From contig JAADVB010000145.1 of assembly GCA_023334545.1 (NCBI GenBank), positions 1-47,911 on the forward strand: a stretch of 47,911 nucleotides of DNA, read 5' to 3'. Below are positions 43,566 to 47,911 of this stretch, in pieces. Made by a program: the position numbers and the translations under genes. Below the pieces are notes generated by a model. It was not told the origin of the DNA and searched no databases. It saw only the letters and a list, made by a program, of their open reading frames with translations. Every line of letters begins with the position of its first letter. Within the stretch, counting starts at the first letter, position 1. The stretch comes from Salisapilia sapeloensis CBS 127946. Its lineage: Eukaryota > Protista > Oomycota.

Positions 43566-44830
43566 ATGGGCCAAATCGCTAGCTGCATCGATCAATGGTC
43601 CTATACAGGGGGGGAAGCTATATACAATGCTGCTCATGATGGAAACGCTACGGCCCTACGTGACGCTGTACGCCAGTTGAATCGTTCTACACGGTGTTAT
43701 GCCGAATGGAAGGAACCTTGTTTTGGTCGCACACCTTTAGCAGGAGCTTGTGTCCGTGGTCATGTCGAATGTGTACAGATACTTCTACGTGTTGCGAGAT
43801 GTACAGCGACAGATCATCATGGTAATTCGCCATTGCATCTCGCAAGCCGTCATGGTCGACCCAAAGTGGTGGAGATGCTATTAGACCATCCGACTGTAAA
43901 CATCCTTCAAGTAAATTGCAAGAACCAAACTGCATTGGATCTTGTCCGAGCGAAAATGAGGAACGGGGAGAAACCTCAGAATGCTCGTGACCTACAAGAG
44001 TGCATCGAATACCTGGAAAAGGTAAAAACACAAGCATATCGGATAGGAGGGAATACTAATGTGACGAGTAGAAATTGTGTATTTATATCGGATGGATGTA
44101 CGAGAAAACAGGGAATATGCTATCTGCAGTCACAGGTATGGATACCTTGCATTCATGGAACCGATGCTACTGCCTCGTTCTCTCCTGCGATACTCGCGAC
44201 AAACTCGAACTCGACCTTTATCATTCACATCTGGATCTCAGTCGCCCTTCTTGTCCTACTTCAGTTATCTTCGTCAAGCCATCTTATGGCATCATTCGGA
44301 CCATAGACAACAAATGGTTCAACGTTAAAGAGCTGTCCTTTACTTTACTCGGCACTCGTGATCGCATGTCGACTATAAACAGGTACTATCAGTTTGCAGC
44401 TCTAGATACGCATGAGTTCCGAGGTTGGAAAAATTACTTTGACAGCTATATGCGTGTGCCGCGTGTTCAAGTAAGAGCTCATCGGACTAGAAACAAAGGC
44501 AAGTTTAAAAGAAAAACAAAGAGGATGCACGGATTGCTGTTGGAAAGAGAGACGCAAGACTCGCAACAAATGCCAGTATCCGCTCCTCCGATGGAAATAG
44601 AGTACAGCGCAGAAAGGGAGGTAGAGATGGAAACCAAACCTGCCGTGCCGCCTCCATCGTATGAAAACCAGTGCTTTGTCTGCTTTGACGGACCTCAGTC
44701 GGCTGTGTGTGTTCCTTGTGGCCACAACGCTACTTGCATGACGTGCGCGGAGCAGATCATGAGATCAACGAAGATATGTCCGCTTTGTCGTGGCAACATC
44801 AGAGAAGTTATCCGACTGTATCGTGCTTAG
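43566..44830 (+). CDS. Ankyrin-repeat / PH-like / C3HC4 RING E3 ligase (XB3/XBAT35-like; 404 aa, 2 exons)
   Basis: Exons 43566-44021 and 44072-44830. MGQIAS myristoylation-type start; ankyrin repeats GRTPLAGAC and GNSPLHLASRHGRPKVVEMLL; RING CFVCFDGPQSAVCVPCGHNATCMTCA...CPLCR. Confidence 0.88.
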
Positions 44831-45420
44831 GAATTGAAGGAGTATGTTGTGCAGTACTTTGGCTGTTTTCTTTTAATCGTTCGGCGCTTCTTTCTTGCGG
44901 ATTTATTTAGGTCTGTCATTTTGAATTGACTATTGAGCTTTTCTTCGATAAGATGAACTAAACGACTTATGCGATCGCGACAGAGAGCAATACTGCTACA
45001 TGGAATGGGCACTATATGAAGCTATAAAGATAGAGGGCGTGCTCATTTCGGTAGAATATAGGCGTCTGAGGTTATACGATTTGGTATGCCTAAAGTCTAT
45101 GGTAACTCCAACTCTCCATGTCATGCCATCGAACCAATACCAAGTCTAAGTGTATTCCACGGCAGCTAATAAAACTGATGAATGGCTTGGCTTATGGTTA
45201 TGTCTCGTACTAACACTCTGAGTTCGTAGACATACACGTGAAAATGATTTTGTGTATATGAGCGACAATCGATTTTCGGATCATTGACTTATAAGAGGAT
45301 ACATGCTTTTTAACAAAGCAAGAGCAAGCGCTAGGCAGCCATACAGAGCGACTATATTTCATAAAGCTATTGCTTCGCTACCTTGGTGGCCTCATATTGC
45401 TATTCGATCAAAACGCTGCT

Positions 45421-46435
45421 CTATGTACTTCTGTCGTTTACATTTTGCCTGTGATCGACGTTCAAGTCCAAGTGCGCGTACTTGCTAATGAAACCCAATA
45501 TCGAATATATGCGAATGTGAAATGCTGGACTAAATTCACCACATTCCGAGAGACCGTAGCTGAGCCAAGCTACTACTTTGTCATTGACGATCAGTTGTCC
45601 CCTGGAATCGCCTAGACAATCCTGATTTCGCCGGTTGTAGGTGCAAATGATAGTGCCTTTCACTTTCGGGAAATGCTTCATCGTTCGATCATACATGGGA
45701 TAGATCTCATTGTACCCGCGTTTGCATGATGGCAGATCATCTATAATGACATCTCCCTCCCTCAAATATAATTTGTCTTGAATGTAAATTTTTCGAGTAC
45801 TTAGGCCGTATCCAAATAACTTTGCTATAGCATTCATGACTATATGCTCTTTTTCTCCAGCAGTGGCTAAATTGGCTACTGTCATTCCCTCGATCTCCTC
45901 TTTGAGCTCAAGAAGAGCATAATCTTTATCGACGTTCCCATCTTCAGAAAACATTTCGTTGTAGTATACTTTGGTAACTTGACACAAAATGTCATCATCA
46001 TCTTCGTCCTCACAAATTGCCTGTTTGCATTGACATGTACGAAGTCATTTGGTCGATAAGGCGATGTGTCATTCTCCACTTCCAGCGCACAATCTGCAGC
46101 AGTCACAACATACTTTTCTGCAACAAAGAAGCCCGTGCATATCTTACTTTGATATGAATTGTCTGGAAGCTAAATGGTTTTGTAGACCAGTGCAATATAC
46201 GGAACCTTTTAACCAGGATGATTTGACCATTAAAAACCCGGCTCTCGTCTGTTATGATAACATTGGCTGCTCCATTGGTCGAATTGACTTTAATGAACGT
46301 GTCATTCATGATAGAGGCTGCACACTCATTGACTGAACAAGGTGTTTTCGTCAGCATAGTGACCAATGTCAAAAAGGTGCTGTTTGTCCAGCAATGCATC
46401 GGTACAAAGTTCATTTGGAGCGAAAGTTTCCACAA
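45421..46435 (-). pseudogene. Disrupted trypsin-like serine protease gene
   Basis: Recognisable pieces lie in three frames: DESRVFNGQ, then a frameshift to VPYIALVYKTI*LPD...ICTGFFVAEKYVVTAADC (TAG at 46172-46170; catalytic His replaced by Asp), then a frameshift to VTKVYYNE...DKDYALLEL...LFGYG...DCLGDSRGQL...SYG (GDSGGP degraded). Confidence 0.82.
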
Positions 46436-47736
46436 GGTTAAATTAAAGTATGAGCAAGTAATGATGCTTAAAAACCACTGAAAACATGATCGGTTCAGCT
46501 TGGTCTAAATCGCGGACGACCTGTGTTGAGTCCAAAGATTCCTGCTATCGCTGGAGCTTTTGATGTGTGTTGCGAACCAAGAAATTGCAGATCAGCGTCA
46601 CCCTGGATCAAGCTGACAACGACTGCAGCTTGATAAAAGTTAAGATTGAAATCAAGTGCTTAAGTTAAGTAAATGGCTGCTATGAAAGCAGTCGCATAGG
46701 TGCGAATCACTTGATATTATAAGTTCGTCATTCTGCATTTCTTGTGATGTGATCGGAGGTCAACCAGCAGCAACTTCACAACATGTAGATGCTGGAATCA
46801 AGCATATTCGAACACTTCATGCGGGTGGACGAAGCTTACCGCATTCAAGACGTGACATAGGTGCTGGGTATCTTGATTTTACTTCCAGATCTTTATGGAT
46901 CACAGGGACAGTTAGATCTTAGTTGAACATCTACTTTACATTTCAATCCTTACTTCGGATGGCAATCGAAAACCCATTGAGTATCTATCTTTGCCAAAAC
47001 TATTGGCTACAGGGATCTTATCTTTCTCTCCAAAGGATATGAAATAAAGCTACGTCCAAATGGAAATGCTGGGAGCGGATGACAATACTCAATAAACCAC
47101 AAGGGTGCATACATGCATTCTGATTATCTGTATGTAAAAAATAAAAATCTACTATAACCTTGCAACAGCTATGGTTATCCCATGAATTCATCTTAGTGGT
47201 ACACTCTATCGTCCCGCATACAGCAGTATACTCGGATGCTCCATCACTCACCTGTGTGCTTTAAGTGTGCCTTCGATAGTAAAGACGTTAATGCTAAAAC
47301 GTTATTAAAAAATGCCTAGACCAACTAAATTCAAAAAGTCGCTTATGTATTCAAGAAATATAGCTAGAGCATCATCAGGTGAACAACAGCATATGAAAGT
47401 ATGATCTCCTGTGATACCCGGGCCGACAAATAGAAGTTGCAAAACAACTTGCGTAAATATTAATCGTTGCTCACTTCATGCATATCTGCTTTGATGTTGT
47501 GCATCTTTCATGCTGAAGACAGAAGATAGGGCACATAAAACTAGTACAACAAACATACAAGCTAGAATAAAATCGACCCATTTTAGCTATACACATCTTC
47601 TACACTACAAAAATGGCCTAGATATCAAATACCGTCCGACAATGCAACTTCAAGGATGCATTATCAGAACTAGTTCGACCATACAAAGAGTACGAAGGAA
47701 AGGGATTCAGATATCTACTTTATATCCTCTGTCATC

Positions 47737-47911
47737 ATGACTGCATCAAGTAACGAGCTATTAGCATCTTTATCGAATCAAGAAACGATTCGTCTCGTGG
47801 ATCGCCTTCGTACGCTCGGACTCGACCAGTACATTGAGCTTCCCCAAATCGCCGTCGTCGGAGACACCTCATGTGGGAAATCCTCCCTCCTCTCCGCCAT
47901 CTCGGGACTCT
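47737..47911 (+). CDS. Dynamin-family GTPase (Mx-like), 5' fragment truncated by window edge
   Basis: MTASSNELLASLSNQETIRLVDRLRTLGLDQYIELPQIAVVGDTSCGKSSLLSAISGL contains the dynamin G1 region LPQIAVVGxxSxGKSSLL. Not in the ORF track. Confidence 0.9.
   Translation, partial: MTASSNELLASLSNQETIRLVDRLRTLGLDQYIELPQIAVVGDTSCGKSSLLSAISGL

Noticed and set aside
43473-44306. 277-aa ORF read as a single-exon gene
   Set aside because: It reads through the 44022-44071 intron. The spliced model linking ankyrin to RING is far more coherent.
46607-46634. 9-bp inverted repeat ATCAAGCTG/CAGCTTGAT
   Set aside because: A few stems of this length are expected by chance in 48 kb.
1-47911. tRNA, rRNA, CRISPR arrays, prophage or intact transposons
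   Set aside because: No cloverleaf/T-loop signatures, regularly spaced repeats, LTR/TIR pairs or RT/integrase/transposase motifs were seen by eye. tRNAscan-SE and RepeatMasker would be needed to exclude weak cases.

Overview
Gene-dense eukaryotic DNA with short GT-AG introns (about 50-95 nt). Its gene content points to an oomycete: an elicitin-like protein, a 7TM-TKL-DEP kinase, a secreted GH5 glucanase, and INR-like TCA[T/G]T core promoter motifs. The species cannot be named from this window. About 25 protein-coding genes (two cut by the window edges) and one trypsin-like pseudogene are supported. Several are multi-exon genes missed or split by the ORF track and rebuilt here by hand: LSM8, TDP2-like, Myb, IPP-2, FKBP8-like, GH5 and Ank-RING. 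No rRNA, tRNA, CRISPR array or recognisable transposon was found. The best candidates for undescribed biology are: (1) a 1152-aa protein that appears to join a winged-helix-like region to a CorA-like helical/2-TM module lacking the GMN motif; (2) a TDP2-like phosphodiesterase with a PARP-type zinc finger inserted inside its catalytic domain; (3) an unnamed putative transcription-factor domain; (4) a bacterial NiaP-like MFS transporter; (5) two convergent genes whose stop codons share one TTAA. Family calls rest on motif recognition by eye; no database searches were run.
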